A stretch of 64,000 nt of DNA from Squalus acanthias (lineage: Eukaryota). This document shows, piece by piece, positions 25,169 through 35,900 of this stretch. A model generated the notes under the pieces. The model was not told the origin of the DNA, did not search any database, and saw only the letters and a list, made by a program, of their open reading frames with translations. The position numbers were made by a program, and so were the translations under genes. Numbering within the stretch: position 1 is the first letter of the stretch; every line of letters starts with the position of its first letter. The stretch is taken from assembly GCA_030390025.1 (NCBI GenBank), contig CM059433.1, positions 15,626,001 through 15,690,000 on the forward strand. The letters are read 5' to 3'.

Positions 25169-26275
25169 CTAGAGCCCACGCAGCCTGCCTACCTGTGTCC
25201 TTTTAAAAGACACGCACAGGAGGGGGTCTCCGGTGAGGAGGCCAGGTTAAAAGAGCAGGCCTTGCGGGAGGAGAACGCCCGCTTAATAGGGAAAATAGAT
25301 GGGCTGGAAGGGCAGCTTAGAGAGCAGGCCCTGCGGGAGGAGAACGCCCGCTTAATGGGAAAGTTAGACGTTCTCAGGCTAGAAGGGCAGCTTAGTGAGA
25401 TAAAAGCAGCCTACAAGGTAGCCAGAAGCAGGGATTTAAATCAGTGCAAACTGTACAAGCCAGGTGCACAAGGGAAAACCACAGGGGCAAACCCTGCGAG
25501 TGGGGACTCGCAGCCCCAGGTAGGACCACAAGGCACACAGGCAGGCAAAGCAGCTTGCATCAGGGGAGGAGACATCCTGGAAAATTGTGAAACATTTTTG
25601 TGGGGTTGGGAGTCCGACGAGGGAGAGTTCCTGGAACTCGAGTCAGATGAGGATAGTGATGAGGACGAGTGGGAATCGGAGGACGCAAGGGTCGCCCCCG
25701 ATTCAGGTATAGGGAGGACAGGGGCTGCAGATAGAGATCCACACAGGGTGGACACCGAGGCTGCAGGTCCCGAACACAGGAGGGAGTAGCTAGGGGAGGC
25801 GGAGCCAGCCACTGTGGGACCACAGGGCGGGACGGCGGAAACCTCAGAGCCCGAGCCACCCGCCTTGAACGTCTTGCCCTCGAGGGAGGTAGGGACTGCG
25901 AGTGGAGGTTCGCCTGCTGGGCCGAGCAGGGCGGTGCCACAAGCTGCAGGTCCCGAGGTCAGGGAGGCGGAGTCAGGGAAGACGGAGCCAGCGACTGTGG
26001 TGGGGCCACAGGTCGTCCCGGTGGAAGTCTCGGAACCCGGTCCGTCGGTCCTGGGATTCCTGCACCCGACAACTCCTCGTAGGTCAAGTCGGGCACCCCA
26101 GCCCAGGAAAATGTGGTCATGTCCCCAGACTGCCCCAAGGCGCAGGCTTAAGGTTAATGCAGCCCAGGTAGGGCCCAGTCCCATCGCAGCAGCAACAGGC
26201 TGCGGCAGATCAAAGGAAGGGGTCAGTGCCCTCCCACCGTCGGGAAGAGCTCGCGGCAGCCTTTTCAGAATTTAA
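25169..26275 (+). pseudogene. ORFX of A: readthrough extension replacing pol (coiled coil plus Pol C-terminal tail), with one internal TAG
   Basis: In frame with gag after TGA-CTAG. NQCKLYKPGAQGKTTG...SLFRI aligns to the end of B pol. TAG at 25787-25789 where B has GAG. Confidence 0.8.
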
Positions 26276-26591
26276 AGGGGCCGCCCTGGGAACGGGCGGC
26301 GCTGTACAGTTTATAAGTTTCTAGGTTTATAGTTTAAGGTTAAGAATAAGTTTATAGTTTTAGATAAGGTTATAAGTTTATAGTTTTAAATCAGGTTAAG
26401 TTTGTAGTTTAATTTTAACAGAAAATGGTAAAATGATGGGAGCTTTAGAGATAGGTTTAGTTAAAGTTTATTCAGCGAACATTGAAGTTTACGTGAGGCG
26501 AGGTCAGGGGACCCGCTCACCCTTCACAAAAGCCAGAGACTCTTGCGAGGCTGGCTACCTCATTCTATCTGATCACAGGAACCAAGGAAGG

Positions 26592-29024
26592 ATGGAACGA
26601 ATTCTAGTATTGCTCGCGGCAATCGGATGTGGATTGGCCTATCGAGGCCGCACCAAGGATGTCGTGGTGTTTGGATGCTCCGGGGACACGGCCCCCATCG
26701 CGGTGGATGGGACCGGAAGACGGGAGGCAGAGGAGACCACCACCTATTTCCACAAGGGAAGGTGGCCAGGATGGCTGGGAACGAACTCGACGGAGTATTC
26801 TAGCACATCGGGGTTTGCCTACCAAGAGACTTCTTTAATGTGCCCCAAAGTAAGGATCATCGCACCCAGGATCAGCGTCACCGTCGGCAAACGGATTTGT
26901 TTGACTTGTAGTGGGAATGTCCCATTGAGCCGATGGTGGTGGCTGCGAAAGCTGAGCAAAAACATGAGGAACTCTTCGGTCGAGTGGGAACGACTGGGTA
27001 ATAATACCCATCGGACAATTACGGGGACAAACGGACAAGTGAGAGTCTGTTGGGACAAATGGTGGGAACCGGATGAGGGAATTTATGTATGCATGTGGGG
27101 GTCAAAGTACGCTTGCCCCAAAGGCATCTCCATATTTTTCATTAATCAATGGCAGGATAACGGACAGGGGATGAGGTGGGATGCGAGCACCAGGGGGTGC
27201 GGAGCCCCATACTCTTCGATCCCGGTAAATGCCACTGAACTCATTACGCGCCCACGCAAAGCCCCGCCCACGATTCCGGTGGTTATAGCTGAGGAGGAAG
27301 GGTGCCCTAAAACTAGTAAGGGACCCGGGAATGGTTTGGTACTGGTCCCCACAGACCAGATACTATTCCAGGGGGTACATTACGCGGTGGCCTCGGTGAT
27401 TTTAAATCTCACTGAGGTGCGGTTACCAGAGTGGTGCCCCAAAAAGACGGAACAGTTGTATCAGGTCCTGTTGACCAAGATGTTCAGACAATTTTACGAA
27501 TTCGATTTTGCGGAAATTGATAAAACAAGTTTGTACACCGCACCACATGAAGTTTTGGATCAAGTAGGGAGGCAAAGAAGGGGTTTAGTGAACGATGCGT
27601 TCACTGCTTTTAACACGGGTACATCTGTGGTCAACGCCCTAGACAGTGTGGAGCTGCAGACCCAGATTAATGGTTTAAAGACACAATTAAAAGACATTCT
27701 AACAGATGAGAACAAAGTGGTAGGGTCGGGTTTACACGAGGACCAAGCCATGACTCTCCATTTAAAGGAAATTATAGCAGAGCTGGAGAAACATGCAAAG
27801 ACGGTAAATGCCCTGATTAGGGAAGATCGGAATGCATCCGATCAAGCTGCGCAGAACGAGGTGTGCGTGCTTTACGGGGCGTGGTTACTGGGCGAGGGCC
27901 GCAGTAATTTGGAGGATTTAAAACAAGGTATGGTCCCGTCCTGGATAAGTAACAAACACCTGCGGGCGCTCCACCCTTTTCAGAACGCATTAAGTCCGTG
28001 CCAGCTCAGGCTAGCTTCAGAAGCTTACCCAGTCCCCGTGGACTGCGGACGATCAAACCATACTATTATGGGTATAGTACTACGCATGCCGGTTCTGGGC
28101 GACACAGCAAAGCCCGCCCCGGTGTATCGGGTAGAGAACATTGGTGTCATTCAGGGGGGAGCCCACATTCGTTATGCAGCGGTTCCACCCTACGTCATCC
28201 GCTGGGAGCAAACGATGACAGGTACAGATCTCTCTGGTTGTCGTGGCAGGGGAGCACACATAATACTGTGTCCCCAGCACTTGAATGCCTTTTTAACACC
28301 ACAGTGCGGGTTCAGAACGGCTGGCGCCAAGTCCATGAATTGCACCATGGAGGCAATGGCACAAGATCATGTGCCTCCGCAGGTAGCATACATCGGGGGT
28401 GGAACATATTGTGTTACCACTGCAGCGCAACACTACCAGCATGGAAACCATAGCCGGTGTCCGGTGAGTGACAGCAGTTTCTGTTTCAAACCCAGGGCGG
28501 AAGTTCAAGTAGCACAACAGCGAATTATCCCAATCCCTGAACCATCCACTGTTCATCTCACAGTAAAAGAGAATTTCACCGACTTGCAGCGATTCGTCGC
28601 GCATTTCGGATACCTCATTCCCCCTCTCCCTGAACACCTCACCAAGCTTTTGAAAGCAGTCGCGGTGTCACAGAAACATTTTTACACATTAGAACAGAAA
28701 ACTGTCGAAATAGGAACAGACATTCTGGATATAGTAGTTCCACCGTGGTGGAATCTGTTCACCAATATTGAAGTGCCTTCATGGATCAGAATAGCCTCCC
28801 ACATTTTAGTCGTATGTCAAGTGTTTATTGTAGTGTACCTATTGGTCGTACATTGTAAAAGAGAGGCAAACGCCTCACCAAGCACGAAAACACGGGAGAG
28901 TGGCGAGAACGTTACGTGCGCGTGCACGATGAAAGCACCGTGTAATCGGCAAATGGCGTCACTCCCGCTTGCCACGTGCGCCTCGGAAGTGTTGTACTCG
29001 ATTGTGATTTTTCAGAAACTGTAA
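26592..29024 (+). CDS. env: Env of A (class I fusion glycoprotein) with its cytoplasmic tail altered by a 2-nt insertion near 28863
   Basis: Signal peptide MERILVLLAAIGCGLA, RQRR|G at 27570-27581, heptad repeats, Cys-rich region and TM helix. The tail frame differs from B and C. Confidence 0.9.
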   Translation: MERILVLLAAIGCGLAYRGRTKDVVVFGCSGDTAPIAVDGTGRREAEETTTYFHKGRWPGWLGTNSTEYSSTSGFAYQETSLMCPKVRIIAPRISVTVGKRICLTCSGNVPLSRWWWLRKLSKNMRNSSVEWERLGNNTHRTITGTNGQVRVCWDKWWEPDEGIYVCMWGSKYACPKGISIFFINQWQDNGQGMRWDASTRGCGAPYSSIPVNATELITRPRKAPPTIPVVIAEEEGCPKTSKGPGNGLVLVPTDQILFQGVHYAVASVILNLTEVRLPEWCPKKTEQLYQVLLTKMFRQFYEFDFAEIDKTSLYTAPHEVLDQVGRQRRGLVNDAFTAFNTGTSVVNALDSVELQTQINGLKTQLKDILTDENKVVGSGLHEDQAMTLHLKEIIAELEKHAKTVNALIREDRNASDQAAQNEVCVLYGAWLLGEGRSNLEDLKQGMVPSWISNKHLRALHPFQNALSPCQLRLASEAYPVPVDCGRSNHTIMGIVLRMPVLGDTAKPAPVYRVENIGVIQGGAHIRYAAVPPYVIRWEQTMTGTDLSGCRGRGAHIILCPQHLNAFLTPQCGFRTAGAKSMNCTMEAMAQDHVPPQVAYIGGGTYCVTTAAQHYQHGNHSRCPVSDSSFCFKPRAEVQVAQQRIIPIPEPSTVHLTVKENFTDLQRFVAHFGYLIPPLPEHLTKLLKAVAVSQKHFYTLEQKTVEIGTDILDIVVPPWWNLFTNIEVPSWIRIASHILVVCQVFIVVYLLVVHCKREANASPSTKTRESGENVTCACTMKAPCNRQMASLPLATCASEVLYSIVIFQKL

Positions 29025-29380
29025 ATACGTTTGGAACTCGACATGTTTAAGAGTTGGTTTTGATTATTTTGGTGATGGTGTTGTTGTTAAATATGATCGT
29101 TTGGTTTTGTTTTGTTTTTTATTTCACTGAATAAAAAATGTGAATATACAGGTGATACGAGAGGCATCGGCCTGGTTACGCCTGGAAGGAAAACAAGTGG
29201 TGTAAGTTTAAAGGCAAATAATGCCTACGGTGCTATAAAATGTAATTTTCTTGGGAAATAAGGACGACACAAATACCCTAGATAGTTTAAGTTATGGGAT
29301 TAATTTTCTGGATCTGGAGAAATCGAGATAATATTGCTCACCACAATATTTTTGATACGATAAGCGGAGTTATTCGCATC

Positions 29381-29392
29381 AACAGGAGGGAC
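29381..29392 (+). other. Polypurine tract of A (also at 40568-40579 and 53743-53754)
   Basis: AACAGGAGGGAC immediately precedes each 3' LTR. Confidence 0.75.
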
Positions 29393-29521
29393 TGTAGAAT
29401 TCGCAATATATCGCGATTTTATAAATAAGAAGAAAACACATAGTTTCGTTCAAACAGCTTTATTTCAGCAGAATGCTGTCAGGTTTTCAAAGTGGACACA
29501 AGCAGCCTGTAAAATGGCCGC
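29393..29521 (+). repeat. First 129 bp of the 3' LTR of A
   Basis: Matches 21720-21848 and ends at the CCGC target site. Confidence 0.95.
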
Positions 29522-31179
29522 TGTAGAATTCGCAATATATCGCGATTTTATTAATAAGGAGAAAACACAGAGTTTCGTTCAAACAGCTTTTATTTCAGCA
29601 GAATGCTGCCAGGTTTAAAGTGGACACAAGCAGCCTGTAAAATGGCCGCCGCACCTCGTGACAGAACATTCTAGACTTTTCAACAGGCAGACAAGATGGC
29701 GTTCCAATAAACATTTGTGCAAGATCGATTAAGATTCAGCACAGTGAAGATAATACACGAGACATTATGGGTTTGCAGTATACACATAAATACTGAAATC
29801 GGTCTCCCAGGTACAAATGAAAGCTATTGTACCGAGTAATCAAGGGCCCATCCAAAAGACATTAATATGTAAAATCCCAACGACTCTACGATGAGAGAGC
29901 CGTTAGCAGGTAGTTATACAAAACACTTGGAAGCCCCACAACCCCTCCAGGGAGAACACCGACCGATTTAACAATGGGAGAAATATTAACAGGTACTCAG
30001 ACATTTACGAGTAGCCCCGAAACCCATTAAGAACGGAGATCACCCATACAAGACATTTGAGCGCCAGACCCTAAACAAAAGAATGGACATTATAGTTGGG
30101 CGGGAAACGGAAGATTTTTGCACTATAATTGCAGGCTCCAAACCGTCCATCTCTCTCTTATCCGATCGACTCTTATCATCGTGGCTGCTCCTGTGCTCTT
30201 ATTCGTAACCTCGTGGCTGCTCCTGTGTACTCGTAGTTGGGCTCCTGCTTGCCTGTTGCCTCTTTGAAAAGGACTGTTGAACTTTCTGATCCGTTCGGAT
30301 CTACCTCGTGTCGCGTAACGAAGACCTATGTTGGTAACTGGCAGCGGAACCAAAGGCCCGAGATGAGATGAGATGAGATGAGATGAGAAGAGAGGAAGAC
30401 CATATCCATCGCCACGGTCAGTAAATCCCGACCGCGCCTGTAGGTCGATTAGCCAAGTTTTCCTTGCCAGGAAGACTTCTTCGAACTTGCAAGGAAACAT
30501 ATCGTATCGATGATATTGACAACTGTGCTCGAAAAGTACCTGTTAAACCAACCAACACAGGTCTTCATCACAGCAGACGTTCCAGCCTGCTAGCCGGAGC
30601 AGCAGAAGCAAGTAAACAAGTGGGACCAGGAGATCTCCTGACCGACACGTGGGTGCTGCGGTGAAAAACATCCGATCAGCTATTCGGAATTTCTCCGAGT
30701 TATCACGAGTGGTGAGCATGAGTCTCGAAATCCTACGAATCTAGTTTAGGATAGATATTGATAGGGGAGGGTTTAAGGATTAAGGATATTTGTAATGTGT
30801 GCCCCTATTTACTATGTGCCGTTCGTTCCTCGTTTCCCTAAGATCGACTATATAACTGCTTGTAAGATTGTACTGTCATTAATCTGTGCTTATGACATGT
30901 ATTTCATAATCTTAAGTATCATGCAATAAAGATTTTCCATTTCGTACCATTCAACCGAGTCTACATGAGTTTCATCTCCATTACTGCTCTCGCATCTAAG
31001 TCCAGTGTCTAGAACCGTAAGGGCGAGTGATTCGAACCACTCACAGGTGTGTCTAGTGTTCCCAGATTGGCTGGAGACCAGAACAGGCAACAAGGCCTAG
31101 ACCCGCACTGACATACAGGCTGCACAGAGCCGCGTGAATCTCACAGGCTGCGAGACACGCAGGGTCAGAATCCCTTACA
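29522..31179 (+). repeat. 5' LTR of provirus B (1658 bp)
   Basis: TGTAG...CTTACA, nearly identical to 40580-42242. Confidence 0.95.
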
Positions 31180-31183
31180 GAAA

Positions 31184-32995
31184 ATGGCGACCGCGGCAGG
31201 ACACTGGCTGCGAGAGGGTAGTGTGTTAGACTTTGGAATGACTGTACGAAATGTTATGCAGGAAAAGATAGCAGAGTATGTGTTCGGAAAGGTTAATCTA
31301 ACTAAGAAATGGATAAGTGAATTGTTAGCGGATAAAAGCCCGTTAGAGGCAGCCGAAAGGTGGACAGATAGTAAAGAACATAGAAAGACACTTGAGAAAG
31401 CAGTCTGGCTTATGTGTTACAAAAGGCAGGTTCAGATTTCAAACCAGACCATTACAGCGCTAGTAGCTCGAATCAGTCATTTAGAGGGAGAAATGGATGA
31501 GAAGGTTTCTGGAGGGGAAGTGCTCATTAAGAATTTAAATGAGTTGCACCAAGAAAGCCAGGAAGTCTCCAGTCACCTTAAAACAAGGATAGATTATCTC
31601 GAGTGCCAGGTCACTGAGGCGAAGTTGAATGAGAGCAGGTTAAAGGAAAGATGTAACCGCCAAGCTGCCCAGATAAGAACTCAAGAAGAGTGCTTAACAG
31701 GGGTTAGGGCGGCATATAAGTTGGCCCTTGAGGATAAGTTTGAGGGAGCCGACCATAGCGCCTGCCAAAGGGAGATAGAGCACCTCAAGAAGGCCGTAAA
31801 CAAAGCGAACGGCATGGTGTGCCTGATCAGTCCGTCAGCACACCAGCCGCTAGCAAGTGAGAAGTTTAAAAAATCCCCACCAAGTAAAGCAGAAGAAGTA
31901 GTAGCCACTGCGCCCTCCGCGCCACCCAGCTATTCGGAAACCTGGGTAAGGGAGGAAGCAATGGAAGAAACGAAAGAGCCCATTGAAAAAGAAGTAGGAA
32001 AGGGACCGTTGTATCCAGTAACGGGCATTAAAAGGGGCCCAAGCAGAAACGGTGGGGAAGAGCCGGGGGATCTCCTCGGACAGCTGGTGCTGCCTCACAG
32101 TTCACATCAGCTGAGAGCTATGATAAATCACGTACGGAAGCTGACCGAGTCAGACGACCCTTCCGTACATTTCAGAGAAGTTGAGCAAGCCGCAGCCATT
32201 AACGGCTGCGATGATGGGGAGACAGCAAAAATGCTGCTGTTCTCATTAGACAGCTCGGTTCTTCAGTGTCTCTCAGGCGAGAGCAAGAGGGGAACCAAGA
32301 GTTATGAGGAATTAAAGAATGAGGTCCTGGAAGTGTTGGGGGCGAACGATGAAGGTCCGTTTGCTAGAGTGGGACAGACAGTGCAGATGGAGGGAGAACC
32401 CCCGAAGGTTTTTGCCGACAGGCTGTGGCCAGTATATGAGCGCAGCTGTCTAGGTGCGCCCGAGCGCGAAGATGTGGAAGGCTTAGCTTTAACTCATTGG
32501 CTTAGGTGCATAATAGCCAACAGTTTACCAGCCGTCAGAGAGCAGGCAAAAGCATGGTTTGATCCCAATGACCCCAACATTACGGAAGAGTCGGTCTTGA
32601 ATCGACTCACGTTAGGATATCGCAATATAAGGGGTATGGCAACACGTCCCCTTAAGGGAAGAGTACATGAGGTACGACCCGCAGCCCCGTATCAAAGAGA
32701 GTGGCATCAGGAGGGTAATCGCGCCCCACAGGCAGGTAATGCTTGTTACGGGTGTGGGAAGACAGGGCACTGGCGCAAGCATTGCAGGAACCCTTGGAAG
32801 GATTCCAAGGATAAAAATCCCGCGGTCCGAGCCCAGGCGCCTGTCCCGGCTAAGGAAGCTAAGGCACCCACCCCTCCTGACGAACTCGAAGTAGTGTTAG
32901 GAGCCATGCGCAATCTAATCTTGAATGCGCGTGGACAGGTGGCGGTCGCAACCGGCCCCGTAGGTGCCGCAGGACCGTCTAATAGTACCCCATGA
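31184..32995 (+). CDS. gag: Gag of provirus B (603 aa)
   Basis: Open ORF with PSAPPSY (31913-31933) and CYGCGKTGHWRKHC. Confidence 0.93.
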   Translation: MATAAGHWLREGSVLDFGMTVRNVMQEKIAEYVFGKVNLTKKWISELLADKSPLEAAERWTDSKEHRKTLEKAVWLMCYKRQVQISNQTITALVARISHLEGEMDEKVSGGEVLIKNLNELHQESQEVSSHLKTRIDYLECQVTEAKLNESRLKERCNRQAAQIRTQEECLTGVRAAYKLALEDKFEGADHSACQREIEHLKKAVNKANGMVCLISPSAHQPLASEKFKKSPPSKAEEVVATAPSAPPSYSETWVREEAMEETKEPIEKEVGKGPLYPVTGIKRGPSRNGGEEPGDLLGQLVLPHSSHQLRAMINHVRKLTESDDPSVHFREVEQAAAINGCDDGETAKMLLFSLDSSVLQCLSGESKRGTKSYEELKNEVLEVLGANDEGPFARVGQTVQMEGEPPKVFADRLWPVYERSCLGAPEREDVEGLALTHWLRCIIANSLPAVREQAKAWFDPNDPNITEESVLNRLTLGYRNIRGMATRPLKGRVHEVRPAAPYQREWHQEGNRAPQAGNACYGCGKTGHWRKHCRNPWKDSKDKNPAVRAQAPVPAKEAKAPTPPDELEVVLGAMRNLILNARGQVAVATGPVGAAGPSNSTP

Positions 32996-35900
32996 CTAGA
33001 ACCGGCGCAGCCCGTCTACCTGTGTCCGCTTAGCTATGATGCGTGGAAGCGACCTTTGGTGGAGATGGAGGTAGAGAAACAGAGGGGTAGTTATTTGTTG
33101 GACACGGGAGCTTCTTGCACCATAATCCATACAGATAACCCTTTTGACTCGCCGCTATCTACCAAGGTCCCATTCACGTTAGCCGGGTTCACAGGAAAAG
33201 AACAGGCTGGCACGTTTTCCCTTCCGCTATCCATTCGTTTAGGAACACTTTGCCTTAAGTGGAAGTGTATACTGATGGCATGGCAGGAGGGGGGTGGAAG
33301 AGGTATTCTCGGGTCTGATCTCCTATCGGGACACGGGATCCTCGTGGACCTCAGAAATCACTGTCTCTGGGGGGCTAAAGGTGAAAAAGGCGAGGTAATA
33401 GTGATTCCGGGGGAGGAAGAAACAGGGGTCCTGTGTACCGTACAGCCATCCGGAGGCTACGACCTCAGGCTTATGGTCGCAGATGTCCCAACGGACATGC
33501 AAACGTACGTGTCAGATAATATGCACGCGTTTGCAACCCACAAGCACGATTGTGGGAGAGTGGTCGGGTTTGAGGTCAGCGTAGATGGGGACCCCATGAC
33601 CCGACCCCAAAAGCAGTATAACTTCCCCAAAGAAGCAGAACCCGATATGGAGACAGCAATGTCCTCCTTGGTGCAGCAGGGCGTGTTGAGGCCGATAGCC
33701 ACACACGTGAACTCCCCATTATGGCCGGTTAGGAAGCCGGATAATTCGTGGAGAGCCACGGTGGACTACAGAGTCCTTAACAGTAACATTCCCGCCTGCG
33801 CGCCCACGGTAGCAGCAGTTGCTGACCTAATAGGGAGTATTCCAGCGTCCGCGACCACGTTCACGGTGCTGGATATCTCGAACGGTTTTTGGTCCATCCC
33901 GCTGAGGCGAGAGGACCAGTACAAGTTTGCCTTTACTTTCAAAGGACAACAGTACACATGGAACTGTCTGCCACAGGGTTTCCACAATAGCCCCAGTATT
34001 TTCCATCAGTGTATGGCAGGAAGTTTAAAGGAGTTTAGTCAGCCCAATCAGATAGTACAGTATGTGGATGATTTGCTCTTATTTACGGACTCAAGGGAGG
34101 AGCATGGACCACTACTGGACGAGTTGTTGGAGCTGTTAGCAAGAAAGGGTTTTAAAATAAACCCTAAGAAAGCACGTATCGGTCAGCGGGAAGTAAAATT
34201 CCTGGGACTGACCATACGCGCTGGGGAAAGAGCCATAGACAAAGCAAGGAGGGAGTCGGTGCAAGAATTACCGATTCCCAACAACGTAAGGGGTGTGAGG
34301 TCCTTCTTGGGACTGACCGGTTACTGCAGGGATTTTATCGAAGATTATGCGGCCACAGCAGCGCCGCTCCTCCGACTCCTCCATAAGGGGGTGGAGTGGT
34401 TTTGGGACGAGGGCTGCCAAGCAGCCTTCGAGAAGTTAAAAAGGGATCTGCAGACCGCGCCAGCCTTAGGGGCCATAGATGGGGGGAAGGAGTTTTTCCT
34501 GGAGGTAGCTGCCAGCGGAGACAGCTTAAGCGCCGTACTGCTCCAAGAGCGTCACGGCAAGCTGAGGCCGGTTGTCTATTCATCCAGGGTGTTAACGGAT
34601 GTGGAGAGAAGTTTCTCCAATTGCGAAAGGCACCTTTTAGCCACGCATTGGGCTGTGAAAAGATCAGCGATCTTCACAGGGCTCTCTCCCATCACTCTCC
34701 TCACACATCACACACCAACTAAGATGCTTCTGGATGGGAGGATTAAAGACGGGACCGTAAGCAGCGCGCGCATTGCGCGTTGGACCCTTCTTCTCTCCCA
34801 GTTGGATCTTAGAGTAAAAATCTTTGCGAGCCCAGGCTTGCGGCCAATTTGGTATACCCCGGTACAGCCCACCGGTGTTCGGTGGAAGGGGTGTGGGACG
34901 TCAACATAGGTTTACGGGCCGGGATACATCCCACTGGGCGCGAGATTTATGTTGATGGGTCTAGCACAGTATCTGCTGGCGAGCGACTCACAGGGTGTGG
35001 AGTTTATGACCCTGCGGCAGACCTTGCCCTGGCGATCAAGCTCCCTAGCACTATGAGCGCGCAGCAAGCTGAGCTGTCTGCCGTGGTGTACGTTGTGACC
35101 CACCCAGACATTTTCCCAACCCCATACACGATTTGCTCGGACAGTATGTTCACCTGCAATTCGTGTACGGAATACCTGGCCATTTGGTCCCGCCGCGGAT
35201 ACACCTCCGCGGACGGGCGACCTTTAACGGTGAAGCCCTTGCTGGAAAAGATCTTAGCAGCAGCAGTAGGGGAGGAAGGAGAGATTTTCATCCATAAGGT
35301 GAAAGCTCACTCCTCCACAGAGCCCCGTGGGGAGGGCAACCAGCAGGCGGATGCGCTAGCCAGGGAAGGTGCCCGCAACGGCATTTTCTGGAACCCCTAT
35401 GGGACCAGACCCATAGCAGCGGTCCGAGGCAGGGACGGGAATCCCGGGAACACCAGGGTAGCATTGCCCCTAGACCTGAAGACCGTCCAAGCCCAGGATC
35501 CCGCCCTAAAAGCAGTCCTAAAAACCATTGCTGAGGGAAGACAGGTAGAAGGTCCGTACAGTACGGCAACCCTCTCAGTTAAGGAAGGCATGCTGTTCCG
35601 CGAGGAGCAGTGGGTTGTGCCACAGCAGCACAGGAGGGAATTCCTCCAGTTGGCTCACGAGGGACCAGGGGCAGGGCACCCCGGGCCCGAGGTTACCTGG
35701 CAACGGGTAGAGCAAGCGGGATGGTGGCCAGGGCTCAGGGAACAAGTCCGCGAGTTCTGTGCAAACTGTCTTGTGTGCGCTGCAAACAACCCAGACCCCC
35801 AGAAAAGGAAGGTGCCCATGGGACACGTAAGAAGGGTAGAGGGACCATGGCAGTCGATACAGATCGACTATATAGGACCCCTGCCCACCACCCAGGGAGG

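Noticed and set aside
25441..26184. Long antisense ORFs over ORFX and the Pol tail (also 36918-37400 and 49991-50614)
   Set aside because: GC-rich, low-complexity shadows of the sense frame, with variable ends and non-ATG starts. Not strictly excluded.
26433..26591. 53-codon N-terminal extension of Env in A (and 37622-37780 in B)
   Set aside because: Not open in C, it precedes a clear signal peptide, and it spans a likely splice acceptor.
29393..29650. Tandem LTR-start duplication as an assembly artefact
   Set aside because: Explained by a nested insertion: CCGC TSD on both sides of B, and A-specific LTR variants resume at 42247.
34811..34825. Programmed -1 frameshift between the tether and RNase H
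   Set aside because: No canonical X XXY YYZ heptamer in frame. A single-base loss is simpler.
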